DNA of 54,477 nucleotides from Verrucomicrobia bacterium ADurb.Bin070 (lineage in GTDB: Bacteria > Verrucomicrobiota > Kiritimatiellia > RFP12 > UBA1067): assembly GCA_002071025.1 (NCBI GenBank), contig MWEJ01000002.1, positions 1 to 54,477 on the forward strand, given 5' to 3'. A program made the translations under genes and the position numbers. Every line of letters starts with the position of its first letter. Position 1 is the stretch's first letter. Below the pieces are notes generated by a model. That model did not search any database. It was not told the DNA's origin and saw only the letters and a list, made by a program, of their open reading frames with translations. Shown piece by piece: positions 35,383 through 44,047 of the stretch.

Positions 35383-36552
35383 ATGTCCCGCATCCTGTTT
35401 GTCAGTTCGACGTCTTTTTCCACGTGGCGCGGGGCCAGTCACCGCATGCGCCATGATCTCGAGGCGCTGGTCGCCTTGGGGCATGCCGTTGACCTCCTCG
35501 CCCCCCCGGGAAACGCTGCACCTGAAATCAGGGGAGTCCGCCATCTGACTGTTCATCGCCTGCCCTATTGCCAGGCACTGCCACCCGGCCCCTCGCTGCG
35601 ACGGTTCGTCACCGATGCCTTCATGGTGGCCAAGGCCGTCGCCGCCTGCAATCGGAACCTGTACACCCTTATGCACGGCATCGATGATGGCGGCGTCGTA
35701 GCAGGCCTCGCGGGTCGCCTGACTAAAACTCCTTGGGTGTTTGAACGTACGGGAGATTTTGCTCCTAAACAGCCGCACGGAGCGGACCGTCTCTGGCATG
35801 CCCTCCACCGGCTGTTGGAGCGGCGGGCGCTACGTCACGCATCAGCCGTCATTAGTAATGACTCTGGAATGATTGAGATCCTCAACCGGATGAACTGCAG
35901 CAGTCGCGCGTGCGTGATACCCGACATCCCCGCCATTGACGAACAGATTTCGCCGGCTGCCCGGAACCACGCCATGGCCCGCTATCGGACTGCGCCCGAC
36001 CAGAAACTGATCACATGCGTCGGTTCATACACGCGTTTCCAGGGGCTCGATCTTTTTTTCAACGCCATGCCCCATGTGCTGTCCGGCTACCCGAATGCAC
36101 GTTTCGTTGTTGTCGGCGGTAATGCTGCTGAAATCCGCCGCATGAACGTTGCGCTCGATCGTGCCGGCATCGCGGATATGGTCTGTTTCCCAGGTCGCAT
36201 CGAAACGACAGAGCTCGCGGCACTGCTGTCTGTTTCCGACGTTCTCGTTTCACCTCGTCGCGCCGGCGTTACGGCTCCGATCAAAGTCTTGGATTACCTC
36301 AAATCCGGCACGCCGATCGTCGCGGCTGACACCCCCGCCAACCGCGCGATCCTTTCTGCCGAAAACGCCGTCATCACGCCGCCGACCCCCGCAGAGTTTG
36401 CCGAGGGGATTCTACGCCTCTGCAACGATCCGCATCTGGGCGCTGAACTCGCGCGGCACGGTCGCCGGACCTTGCAGCAGGAACAGCGATCGCCGCAGGC
36501 CTTCCGCCAGATGCTCAGCCACTGTTACGCCTACGTCCTTTCAACCGCTTGA
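35383..36552 (+). CDS. glycosyltransferase, GT4-like (GT-B fold)
   Basis: ORF-track frame 35344..36552. Start is ATG 35383 (MSRILFVSS). The C-terminal half (FVVVGGN...LLSVSDVLVSPR...KVLDYLKSGTPIVA) fits the Glycos_transf_1 pattern. Confidence 0.7.
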   Translation: MSRILFVSSTSFSTWRGASHRMRHDLEALVALGHAVDLLAPPGNAAPEIRGVRHLTVHRLPYCQALPPGPSLRRFVTDAFMVAKAVAACNRNLYTLMHGIDDGGVVAGLAGRLTKTPWVFERTGDFAPKQPHGADRLWHALHRLLERRALRHASAVISNDSGMIEILNRMNCSSRACVIPDIPAIDEQISPAARNHAMARYRTAPDQKLITCVGSYTRFQGLDLFFNAMPHVLSGYPNARFVVVGGNAAEIRRMNVALDRAGIADMVCFPGRIETTELAALLSVSDVLVSPRRAGVTAPIKVLDYLKSGTPIVAADTPANRAILSAENAVITPPTPAEFAEGILRLCNDPHLGAELARHGRRTLQQEQRSPQAFRQMLSHCYAYVLSTA

Positions 36553-36562
36553 CCGCACACAT

Positions 36563-37564
36563 ATGGCACGCCGTCCCTTTATCCATGTCATCCGCTGGTT
36601 GGCCGTACCGGCCGTGCTGGTTACGGTAGCGACCAATGCCTATGTCCATCAGCCGCGCTACTGGCAACAGGTCCAGGCACAACATTTTTCAGCGCCGATC
36701 ACCGCTTGGGCCGAGCGCATCGGCAACGCTTCAGCCGATCTCACCGATGCCCTAGGTCTGACTGGAAGGGACGCAGAAATTGCGCTCGTGGCCCCGTTAC
36801 GGACCAACCTGATCGCATGCGCAGGTTTGCCTAATCGCATCGTCAGCGCTGACTCCGACGACATCGTCGTGCTGCGGAAAACAGGTTTCATTGTCGGGTA
36901 CTCGCCAGCGTTGAGACATCCTCTTTGGGTCGCTTATCAAACGTTTCCGGTGGCATCTGCCGAACTGCCCCCTCGCCCCTCGAGTTTCAAGCCTGATCCG
37001 AGAGCCAAACGATCGCCGCACCACAAAGAGTATACCAAGAGCGGATATGATCGCGGCCATATGGTCCCAAATTTAGCCATTGCATCCCGCTACGGCAAAG
37101 CCGCGCAGCTCGAAACATTTCTCACTTCCAATATCTGCCCGCAACGATCCGGTTTGAACCAAGGCCCCTGGTACGAACTCGAATACCGGATTTCGGAAAT
37201 CTGGCCGAAAAGCCTGGGAACGGTTTGGGTCATCGCCGGCGCGCTCCCGTCACCAGAAGACAGACGCCTGCGCTCCGGCATTGGCATCCCGACCGGTTTT
37301 TATCAGATCGTGGTCTCACAGCGTGACAACCGTCTGCGCGCGTTCGCGGTCTATATGCCTCAAACCGTCCGGCGACGCACCTACGCGCGTTCCACGCTTG
37401 TCTCGATCGATGAACTCGAGCGCATCACAGGTCTGGATTTTCTCAGCGAACTCCCGGACGAAGCCGAAGCTGCGCTCGAAGCGGCGACGCCCACACGCCT
37501 TTGGCCGACAGGCATCGGCGGCTTATTCCGTTTGTTGCGCGAACGATTCCGGCCGTATGATTGA
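36563..37564 (+). CDS. membrane-anchored DNA/RNA non-specific endonuclease (Endonuclease_NS/NucA family)
   Basis: ORF-track frame 36149..37564 overlaps the GT4 gene. Start is ATG 36563 (MARRPFIHVIRWLAVPAVLVTVATNAY, an anchor or signal). Active-site block is SGYDRGHMVPN, and NICPQ...LNQGPW lies downstream. Confidence 0.8.
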   Translation: MARRPFIHVIRWLAVPAVLVTVATNAYVHQPRYWQQVQAQHFSAPITAWAERIGNASADLTDALGLTGRDAEIALVAPLRTNLIACAGLPNRIVSADSDDIVVLRKTGFIVGYSPALRHPLWVAYQTFPVASAELPPRPSSFKPDPRAKRSPHHKEYTKSGYDRGHMVPNLAIASRYGKAAQLETFLTSNICPQRSGLNQGPWYELEYRISEIWPKSLGTVWVIAGALPSPEDRRLRSGIGIPTGFYQIVVSQRDNRLRAFAVYMPQTVRRRTYARSTLVSIDELERITGLDFLSELPDEAEAALEAATPTRLWPTGIGGLFRLLRERFRPYD

Positions 37565-37612
37565 CGCCATTCACAAGACAGATCGCGCACATTCGGCATG
37601 CAAGGTCCAGCG

Positions 37613-37777
37613 ATGAAATCAAAACCTCCCCAATGTCATACCCCCAAAGCACACCCAAAGACCGACCGCAAGCGGCTCGCCGACCGCGAACGCCGCGCGG
37701 CACTCCTGGTGGCGGCCCTCTTTTTCCTGGGGCTCTTCGTGCGGGTTCTGCGCCACTTCATTGACGGTTCGCGTTGA
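37613..37777 (+). CDS. speculative 54-codon ORF encoding a basic N-terminus plus one TM helix
   Basis: Below the ORF-track size cut-off; translated by hand as MKSKPPQCHTPKAHPKTDRKRLADRERRAALLVAALFFLGLFVRVLRHFIDGSR. The SD is weak (AAGG 8 nt upstream). It lies 48 nt after the nuclease stop. Confidence 0.25.
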   Translation: MKSKPPQCHTPKAHPKTDRKRLADRERRAALLVAALFFLGLFVRVLRHFIDGSR

Positions 37778-37790
37778 GGTCGCGCCCGGA

Positions 37791-40700
37791 TTAGGGCGAA
37801 TTGGTAATGACCAGAATCGGCTTACTGAACCTCGGGTCTTCATACTCGATGACCCATCGCATGAAGAGCTGGCCGCCGTTGGCATCCGCGAACTCATCAA
37901 GCAAGAATGGATTCTGAATAAACACGCGGGTGGTGTGATTGCTGTCGAACGACTCAGGAGCCAGCTTATACTGCGCCAGCATCGTCCACTCCGGCTTGGT
38001 CAGACTGTCTTTGGCCGAGATCTTGAATACGGCGTCACCAAACACGTGATCCCCCAGCAAGCTGGGCACATTGGTCCCATTCAACGCCAACCACGCGGTC
38101 ATGAAGTAGTTGGTTGTCGCCTCTTCGCGCTCTACCTTCAGGATGCCGCCCTCCAAATAATTCGTCGTCGTCGGATTGGCATTCAGCCAATAACGTTCGT
38201 ACAACTCCAATTCACGCCCGTAGTAATACGTAGGCGCCAACGGCTGGTCACCGAAACTCAGCAACCACGTCATAATGTCAGTCCCCAAATTCAGATCGCT
38301 GACATCCTGACGCAGCCCGAACGTGACGGCAATCGTCAGGTTGGTCTGCACGTGGTTCAGCGGCAGATTAAACGTCTCAACCTCGCCGCCAGTCAGATGC
38401 TCGACGCCGTTCACGGTGACCGACTTGATGCGATACCAGCTATCCGCTTCGTACAGGATATTCGTAGACCCGTCCCGGCGCACTTTGAACGCCAAGGGCG
38501 TCACGCGCTTGCCGTTCTGCACACCGTGCAGCGGCGTGAGCGACGAAACCACAACCACATTCGAGACCCCGGGCGCCAGCACGTTAAAGTCTTCAACCGT
38601 TTGCCCCACATTCAAACCGCCGGGTGTCCATGCCACCTGATTGGTCCAATCCGACACCAACGGCAAGGCATACCGCACGGAGTTCGTCAACACGCTCAGC
38701 GAACCGCCCTGTCCTTCTGTTCCGATATACTCAAACCGGAGATCAGGATGCGCGGCCGCCCACTCCGCGCCTGAATACGACCCGCCCCACTCCGGGCGGC
38801 GGTCATACACAACCGAGTGCTCGTACATACCCCAAGGGCGGCGCAAGCGGATCCCCAACGGCTTGCTGTTCGGGAATTTACCCGCAAAGTTCAGGTCGCT
38901 GTAATCCAGCTTCGGCAACGGCGGAACAACCCCCGCGATTTCTTCAGGCGGCACACTGGGATCTTGCCCGACCACGAAAAAGGCGTAGCCGTTCGTGACC
39001 GGCTGCTGTTCCGGCAGCGTCCCCATAAACGAAATGGTATACACGGGGTCGTATTCATTCGACGGGACCAGATCAAGATGCCAACCGGAAAGGCTGATTT
39101 CGGCAGGCACGGCGATCTCCACATACTTGTTTTGGCCGATATGCGCAGTCCCGCCTTCATAGACCTCGTACGCGTTGATCTCGTTCAGCCACACTGCGCC
39201 GACCGGCACATCGTACACGATGTAGTAAGCCGCCCAGCCGCCCGTCGAGGCAAACCGCTGATTCAAATCCACCGGATAATACCACGACGGCACGGTAAAG
39301 ACACTTTGATAGGCTTCCAGTTCAGTCTGCGCGGCATCCTCGTAGGTCGCCCGGACACGGAACTGAACGACCTGGTTCTTCTCTTGCGGAGAGACCACAT
39401 TGAACAGGTCCGTACGGTAAAGATGATTTTCCGCATCGTGCAGGTCCATCTCCAACGTGGCCACTTCTGCAGCCGGCCAGTTGTCAACGCCCCAGACGTT
39501 GGTCCCGACATAATAATCGACATACAGCCGAATGTTCTGCGGGGAGAGGCGGAGATTGCTCAGTTGCGCTTCGAAACCGACCTCGTCGGAGTGCAGCGGC
39601 TGGAAACGTTCCTCACTGAACCCGCCGCCCTCGACGCACAGGGCCCGCACATTGACGATCTCGAAACCGGGCAGGACCGGCTCGGTGACCGCAAGTTCCT
39701 CGACGCACACACGCTGACCGCCGCCCGTAGTCGGAATCACAAGCTTGGCGGCACGATAGGCCCGTCCGTCCGCCGGCACAAACGAGTACGTTTCATAGAG
39801 CTGGTTCGTGATCAGATAGGTGTGCGCCAACTGCCAGTCCGCATCCGGCGCGCGCGGCCCTGCGGCATGCGACGTGACATACAAATAAACGGCTGCGGGC
39901 GAGCTGGCATACATGCGCGCCATGAAGGTCAACGAGCCCAGGCCCGTCGGCAGCAGGGGTGTCTTCACGAAAGCCTCAGGATACAGGATCTGGTACGGGT
40001 CCGTCTCGAGAGTCTGGCTGTTGTTCAGGAAAAGGGCTTTTGTCTCATCCAGCATCACCCGCATCGGATCCGTATCGGTCACCTTCACATTGTACGCCCG
40101 CCAGTCCGCGTCATCCACGTCCGGTTCATCCCACACCACGGCATTGTCGATTTCCACAAGCGCATTGGTATAGATCCCGCTCCGGTCGTTCAGCACTCTC
40201 AGGTAGCCGGAAATGTTGGTGCCGAGGTAGGCGAGTTCATGGTTGAAAGAGGACATCGCCGTATTCACCACCACGGTCTGAATGCCGCTCCACAACGAGC
40301 TGTCCCACGACGGGGCAAACTGAACGACGAGCCGGGCAGGCGGCCGAACGACCCGATAATCGAACTCCAGCATGCCGGTGCCATTCACCATCCGCGGCGC
40401 CCTGACCGCTTGGTCCAGCCACTCGCCCTCGACGCCCAGCGAATCGATCTCGCGCCCGCCGCGCATGTGGTCAAGCTGCACCGTTTTCACCGACGTGCGC
40501 AGGAACGTCCCGGACCCCGTATCCTGAAGGGGCACCCAGGTCAGCCCATTATTCCGGCTGTAGGCCACCCCATAGCCGCCGAAAAGCCCGCCTCCGGCAG
40601 GCCCGACCCGGCCATCCGAGCCGCAGCCGAGCCGCAGTTCGAAGGGATACCAGCCCGTGCCGAGATACGCGAATGCTTCGGATGACGGGGTTTCCGTGTC

Positions 40701-43700
40701 CGTATTGCTCAAAATGACGGCACCGTTAATTTTGACCTGCACGCTGCCGATGAAATTCTCGGCAAAGATATTCGTGCTGCCCGCGCCATTCAGATAAATC
40801 CACCCGTTATAGACGTAGGTCGTATTCGTCACCCACCCCTCGTCCGTGTTCGCGTAACGCGTGGAGAGCTGGAGGGATGACATCGGGTTCACTTGCGTGG
40901 TGTTGAACGGCCCGGGAATCCGGCCTTCATTCACGCCCGCCACGCTGTTGGTGACGACCCATGCCTCAGTCGCCACCCACTCGTCATTCTCGCCCTCATT
41001 ATCGCCTTCCTCTTCGTCCGGACTCAGATCAGACGACTCTTGGCCGCGCCAACTGGTCATCTTGATCTCATCGACGACCACATCGACACGCAGATTATCC
41101 GTGCGCCCCAGCACCTGCATCATGATGAAATGCGAGCGCCAGGCATAAACCGGCACGTCGTAAACAAAGTAGTCAAAACCCGTCAGCGTCACCTCTTTGA
41201 ACAGACTCCACGCCAGCGTGCCCGGCGCCTGCGGCGGATCATCAGTCCCGTACTCGGTCGGCTGCAGAAAGACACCCAACTTCTGGGTGGGATTCACCGC
41301 ATAGATGCCTTTTGGCGAAACGCCAGAGAGCGCCTCCCAACGTCCGACCGGCGCGACCGACCAATTCAAAACATCGGCGGAGAAGTCGGTTTTGCTGCGA
41401 AGAATGGAGGTCAGCGAACCGGTAGGCGCGGCTCCTGCTGCGGTGGGCCGCGTGTAGACATCGGAAAAGCCCGCGCGACATTCAGACGACATGAAGCCAC
41501 ATGTGCCGCCCAACGTCAAGGCTGCGCCACCTTTCTGGCCGGAATCATTATACGTCAAGATGTTGTCGTACGTCCCGAATTTGCACCGGATCTCCGTTGT
41601 AATCCCGGACGTATACATCCTCAACTCACCGACCGTGCCCGATGTCAACTGCAAATCTTGATTGGGTGTGTTCTTGGCAAGCTGATAGGCGACACCGTTC
41701 TTCCACTTATACAGTTCAAACATGAGCCGCTTGTCACGGCTCAAATTGGCGGTATCCGGTATCTGCGTGACCCGGAATTCATAAAAATTATCCGGATCGG
41801 CGAAATATCCGAGCAGCGAAACCGTCGCTTCCTGAGGCGACAGCCCTCCTCCCGTAGCGACCATTCTGGCCTGTACCAAGTAGTTCTGCATCGCGAATCC
41901 CTGCTTATAGTAGGGCGCTTCATAAGGATTCGCCACCTGCCCCAAGCGGCACTTGAACGAGAGCCGTCCGATACCGTCCGGGAGCGTGCCGCCTTCACGG
42001 TTATGGATATAGCCGAGACCTAGACCTTCCGCGCCGCCTTTCAAGCGGATCGCCACGTTTCGGAACTTCAGGTCGGAAAGATCCGGCGTGTTGAACGAGT
42101 TGGCGGCAAGGCGGTCAACCACATAGGCCGAGCCGCCGCTTAGCCACCCGTTGAAAGTGGCGTACGGATAGGTGTTATAGACGTTAGTCTGGGCCGGTCT
42201 TCCCAAGAAAAATTCATCAATCGTCTTTGTGCCGTTTTCCGGCCAAGCGTCGAACGTGTTGCCGAACCGTTGCTTGGAGGCCTGCCCGTTGCTGTCGGTA
42301 AAGACATTCGGCGGCGCCGCCCAGACATTGAAATTCTGGTACTCGGCGCGGCTCGTCATATACTCCATCGTGTTGGCATTGAACAGCACCTGGATGTACC
42401 CGCCGCCCAGCGCCGTGACGCGCATCGGCGCGTCCGGCCGAGTCGACCGCGCCACGCAGACGCCGCCGAAGGGCACCACCCCGATCAGCGCCTGCGAGGG
42501 TTCGGCCCAATAGACCGGGTTGGTATCGAAACTGTCACTGCCGGCGACATATTTGCGATCGCCGCGGAAATAGAACTGCAGGTTCGTCTGCGCCCCGTTG
42601 GCGAGCGGAATCATGCCGCGCCACACATCGTTGCTGACCAGCGTCATCGGGATCGGGTTCTCGTCGTAATATGGCCCCGTCACCACCGAAACCGCGCCGT
42701 AAGGCGACGGATAGGGACGCAGGCGCGCGTAAAACTCGCGGCCGCCTTCAACGGAGGTGTCACCGCGCAAGGATCGCGGCGATAATCCCTCGCTTTGTTC
42801 CGGATTACCTGGCCACCACACGTATCCTGATTGCGTAAAATCCAAAGGTTTGTATCGATATCCCAAGAAGTTACAGACAAAATAATATTCTAAATCCCCA
42901 ACACGAGGCTGAGGCGGCAAAACAGCTTGGTAGATCTCGCCGTCACCATTACTACCCGTGCCCGCGACATACGTCATCGGCAAATTCGCCCACGTGTTTG
43001 AAAATTGATTTAAATAACGCCACCGATAGTAAACCAGCAACTCCCGATTGTACCCGATCAAACCGTACTGAGTGCGTGAATAATCACTCGTTCCAACATT
43101 GCTCACGACGCACCGGATCGAACACGATTCATCGAGAGCTGGATAACCTGGCGAAAAAATCACGTTTGTTTTTTCAACGATGACATCTGAAGGCGGGAAA
43201 GAAACGGCAATGTTGTCAACCGCCACAAACGCCTTGTCATCGTCTCCAGGATAATAGTAGACGGGCCCTGTCCGCCGAATACGCAAACGAGCGGCCCCAC
43301 GGTAATTGAGAGTCCGTTTATACCGGATAGGCGCTCCGTTGGTGGCATTAATAGGTAGTTCATCTAGAACTTGCCAATTATTTGAAAACTGGGCATTCTC
43401 ATACTCCAGCATGACATTCGTTACACCCCCACCCAAGTAGGTGTATTCCAACATATTCGTCGCGATTTCAATCGTTAAGTGATTGGTCTCAGCGGCTGTC
43501 ACGTTGATAGCATCGAAGTAAAACGTTCCAACACCCTCTGGATAATACGGTGTTTCAATACGTGCCGCTGCCGAATTTTGCAGGTTGGCCTGCCAATTGG
43601 TCTGAATAACAGAACTGTACGATGCCGGAGGAATGGTTTGTGCTGCTGGTATAAGGGCAGCAGTGCCTGTGCGACAACCGAGAAAGCGCCATATGTTTGT

Positions 43701-43976
43701 CCGGCTTCCGTCCTCCGAAACAACAGCATAAACATGATTCGTACCGTTCAAAAGCGCCTTACGTGCATCACCAGAACGACCGGGGGGCTCGGGCCCCTCA
43801 TGTGTCCAATACGGCAGGTAATAATCCTGCCGCTTATCGTCCAACAGCGAATGCCCCGTCCAGTTGTTAAAGAGCATTCTCCGCTCAACGGGCAATGTCG
43901 AGGTCTGGGCATTCGCATAACGAATTCCCAAAACGACAATCATCAGTACCCACAACCTATATGCCGTTCTCTTCAT
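37791..43976 (-). CDS. giant (2061 aa) secreted multidomain protein with PA14-like and lamin-tail-domain (LTD)-like modules
   Basis: GGGAG lies 6 nt before ATG 43976. The signal peptide is MKRTAYRLWVLMIVVLGIRYANAQ. The PA14-like block is YVYNGWIYLNGAGSTNIFAENFIGSVQVKINGAVIL...GWYPFELRLGCG (about nt 40520-40850). An acidic linker is SPDEEEGDNEGENDEW. The LTD-like block is AVWLNEINAYEV...NKYVEIAVPAEISLSGWHLDL (about nt 38800-39210). The protein is rich in Tyr, Trp, Asn and Thr throughout. Confidence 0.8.
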   Translation of the reverse strand: MKRTAYRLWVLMIVVLGIRYANAQTSTLPVERRMLFNNWTGHSLLDDKRQDYYLPYWTHEGPEPPGRSGDARKALLNGTNHVYAVVSEDGSRTNIWRFLGCRTGTAALIPAAQTIPPASYSSVIQTNWQANLQNSAAARIETPYYPEGVGTFYFDAINVTAAETNHLTIEIATNMLEYTYLGGGVTNVMLEYENAQFSNNWQVLDELPINATNGAPIRYKRTLNYRGAARLRIRRTGPVYYYPGDDDKAFVAVDNIAVSFPPSDVIVEKTNVIFSPGYPALDESCSIRCVVSNVGTSDYSRTQYGLIGYNRELLVYYRWRYLNQFSNTWANLPMTYVAGTGSNGDGEIYQAVLPPQPRVGDLEYYFVCNFLGYRYKPLDFTQSGYVWWPGNPEQSEGLSPRSLRGDTSVEGGREFYARLRPYPSPYGAVSVVTGPYYDENPIPMTLVSNDVWRGMIPLANGAQTNLQFYFRGDRKYVAGSDSFDTNPVYWAEPSQALIGVVPFGGVCVARSTRPDAPMRVTALGGGYIQVLFNANTMEYMTSRAEYQNFNVWAAPPNVFTDSNGQASKQRFGNTFDAWPENGTKTIDEFFLGRPAQTNVYNTYPYATFNGWLSGGSAYVVDRLAANSFNTPDLSDLKFRNVAIRLKGGAEGLGLGYIHNREGGTLPDGIGRLSFKCRLGQVANPYEAPYYKQGFAMQNYLVQARMVATGGGLSPQEATVSLLGYFADPDNFYEFRVTQIPDTANLSRDKRLMFELYKWKNGVAYQLAKNTPNQDLQLTSGTVGELRMYTSGITTEIRCKFGTYDNILTYNDSGQKGGAALTLGGTCGFMSSECRAGFSDVYTRPTAAGAAPTGSLTSILRSKTDFSADVLNWSVAPVGRWEALSGVSPKGIYAVNPTQKLGVFLQPTEYGTDDPPQAPGTLAWSLFKEVTLTGFDYFVYDVPVYAWRSHFIMMQVLGRTDNLRVDVVVDEIKMTSWRGQESSDLSPDEEEGDNEGENDEWVATEAWVVTNSVAGVNEGRIPGPFNTTQVNPMSSLQLSTRYANTDEGWVTNTTYVYNGWIYLNGAGSTNIFAENFIGSVQVKINGAVILSNTDTETPSSEAFAYLGTGWYPFELRLGCGSDGRVGPAGGGLFGGYGVAYSRNNGLTWVPLQDTGSGTFLRTSVKTVQLDHMRGGREIDSLGVEGEWLDQAVRAPRMVNGTGMLEFDYRVVRPPARLVVQFAPSWDSSLWSGIQTVVVNTAMSSFNHELAYLGTNISGYLRVLNDRSGIYTNALVEIDNAVVWDEPDVDDADWRAYNVKVTDTDPMRVMLDETKALFLNNSQTLETDPYQILYPEAFVKTPLLPTGLGSLTFMARMYASSPAAVYLYVTSHAAGPRAPDADWQLAHTYLITNQLYETYSFVPADGRAYRAAKLVIPTTGGGQRVCVEELAVTEPVLPGFEIVNVRALCVEGGGFSEERFQPLHSDEVGFEAQLSNLRLSPQNIRLYVDYYVGTNVWGVDNWPAAEVATLEMDLHDAENHLYRTDLFNVVSPQEKNQVVQFRVRATYEDAAQTELEAYQSVFTVPSWYYPVDLNQRFASTGGWAAYYIVYDVPVGAVWLNEINAYEVYEGGTAHIGQNKYVEIAVPAEISLSGWHLDLVPSNEYDPVYTISFMGTLPEQQPVTNGYAFFVVGQDPSVPPEEIAGVVPPLPKLDYSDLNFAGKFPNSKPLGIRLRRPWGMYEHSVVYDRRPEWGGSYSGAEWAAAHPDLRFEYIGTEGQGGSLSVLTNSVRYALPLVSDWTNQVAWTPGGLNVGQTVEDFNVLAPGVSNVVVVSSLTPLHGVQNGKRVTPLAFKVRRDGSTNILYEADSWYRIKSVTVNGVEHLTGGEVETFNLPLNHVQTNLTIAVTFGLRQDVSDLNLGTDIMTWLLSFGDQPLAPTYYYGRELELYERYWLNANPTTTNYLEGGILKVEREEATTNYFMTAWLALNGTNVPSLLGDHVFGDAVFKISAKDSLTKPEWTMLAQYKLAPESFDSNHTTRVFIQNPFLLDEFADANGGQLFMRWVIEYEDPRFSKPILVITNSP

Positions 43977-44047
43977 CCAGCACTCCCGCCTCTTTCTCGA
44001 TCCGTCAAATCACTGCCAAACTGCCGACGCCGCGCTTGCCGCGAGGC

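Noticed and set aside
36149-36562. N-terminal 138 codons of the 471-aa ORF-track entry, overlapping the GT4 gene.
   Set aside because: This stretch overlaps the well-supported GT4 frame. ATG 36563 gives a membrane anchor followed by the nuclease domain, 10 nt after the GT4 stop.
38817-40685. Long plus-strand ORFs opposite the giant gene: 37761..38774 (337 aa), 38817..40685 (622 aa), 40893..42023 (376 aa), 43479..44276 and 43895..44977.
   Set aside because: They are antisense to a frame with a signal peptide, an SD site and domain signatures. Their translations are dominated by Arg/His/Pro/Gly runs (for example RRRRIGIQP, HRIRIGHLH) and have no start context. They are shadow ORFs.
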